IMG/VR virus record: IMGVR_UViG_3300018892_000001
Strand: one strand, 5' to 3'
Length of the DNA: 55,428 nucleotides
Source: an uncultured virus (IMG/VR IMGVR_UViG_3300018892_000001)
Taxonomy: Duplodnaviria > Heunggongvirae > Uroviricota > Caudoviricetes
Part shown: positions 55,107 to 55,428 of the stretch, piece by piece
Numbering within the stretch: position 1 is the first letter of the stretch
Layout of the letters: each line of letters begins with the position of its first letter
Made by a program: the position numbers and the translations under genes
The notes under the pieces: generated by a model
What the model saw: the letters and a program-made list of their open reading frames with translations, nothing else
Told to the model about the DNA's origin: nothing
The model's database searches: none

Positions 55107-55428
55107 ATGACTGTAACAATTTCGATTAGTGACATGAGAGCTGCTGGCAAACTTGGCTATGTAGCGAAGATTGTCGATGGCGAGAGGAGCTTTCTTCAAA
55201 CCTCAAGTCGAACTGGACACAGCAAGTCACGAGAAACACTCATGTTTGAAATATCAGAGGATGGAATCTATGAAGTTTGCGATGCTAACTTTGGCTCACG
55301 CAAACGAAATATTTATTTCATTCGCGTACAGAGCGGGGAAGAACAACAACGTACCAACTCTTTGAGCGAATTAATTGTAAAAAGTGAAAACCTTAACTTC
55401 CCCGAACTTGCTGGTTCAATTGCCCAGA
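55107..55428 (+). CDS. Hypothetical protein (3' truncated by window)
   Basis: GGAGCAAAACCATG leader; frame MTVTISISDMRAAGK... open to the window end. Confidence 0.7.
   Translation, partial: MTVTISISDMRAAGKLGYVAKIVDGERSFLQTSSRTGHSKSRETLMFEISEDGIYEVCDANFGSRKRNIYFIRVQSGEEQQRTNSLSELIVKSENLNFPELAGSIAQ

Noticed and set aside
55171..55365. 64 aa ORF from the track
   Set aside because: Shadow of the better-supported frame starting at 55107.
1..55428. tRNA, rRNA or hammerhead ribozyme genes
   Set aside because: None seen by eye; the CTGATGA matches I noticed lie inside ORFs without supporting stems. A dedicated scan is needed to exclude them.

Overview
This is a 55 kb segment of a large cyanobacterial phage or prophage-like replicon. 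The host inference rests on about 55-60 HIP1 (GCGATCGC) octamers counted by eye. It encodes a class II ribonucleotide reductase split by a group I intron carrying a LAGLIDADG endonuclease, MazG- and YjjX-like nucleotide enzymes, an endolysin plus holin-like gene, an SF2 helicase, RNase HII, a replication-initiator-like protein, three C5 DNA methyltransferases (two with a nested alternative-frame subunit), a TGT/DpdA-like protein, scattered virion-type genes, two tnpA-less IS200/IS605 (TnpB) elements, a WYL regulator and a HAD phosphatase. The standout feature is a minus-strand operon of about 7 kb (53.7 to 46.8 kb) with ten small unknown genes. Eight consecutive intergenic spacers each contain a GC-rich hairpin, then a self-cleaving ribozyme (5 twister, 3 minimal HDV-like/theta-type, with clear covariation), then, in seven of the eight, a conserved GCAAAACC leader before the next gene. 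This looks like a polycistronic mRNA that cuts itself into monocistronic units. A 16-24 bp palindrome (TCACGG-N4-CCGTGA) is also dispersed in 10 copies. All calls were made by eye from motifs; no database search was run.
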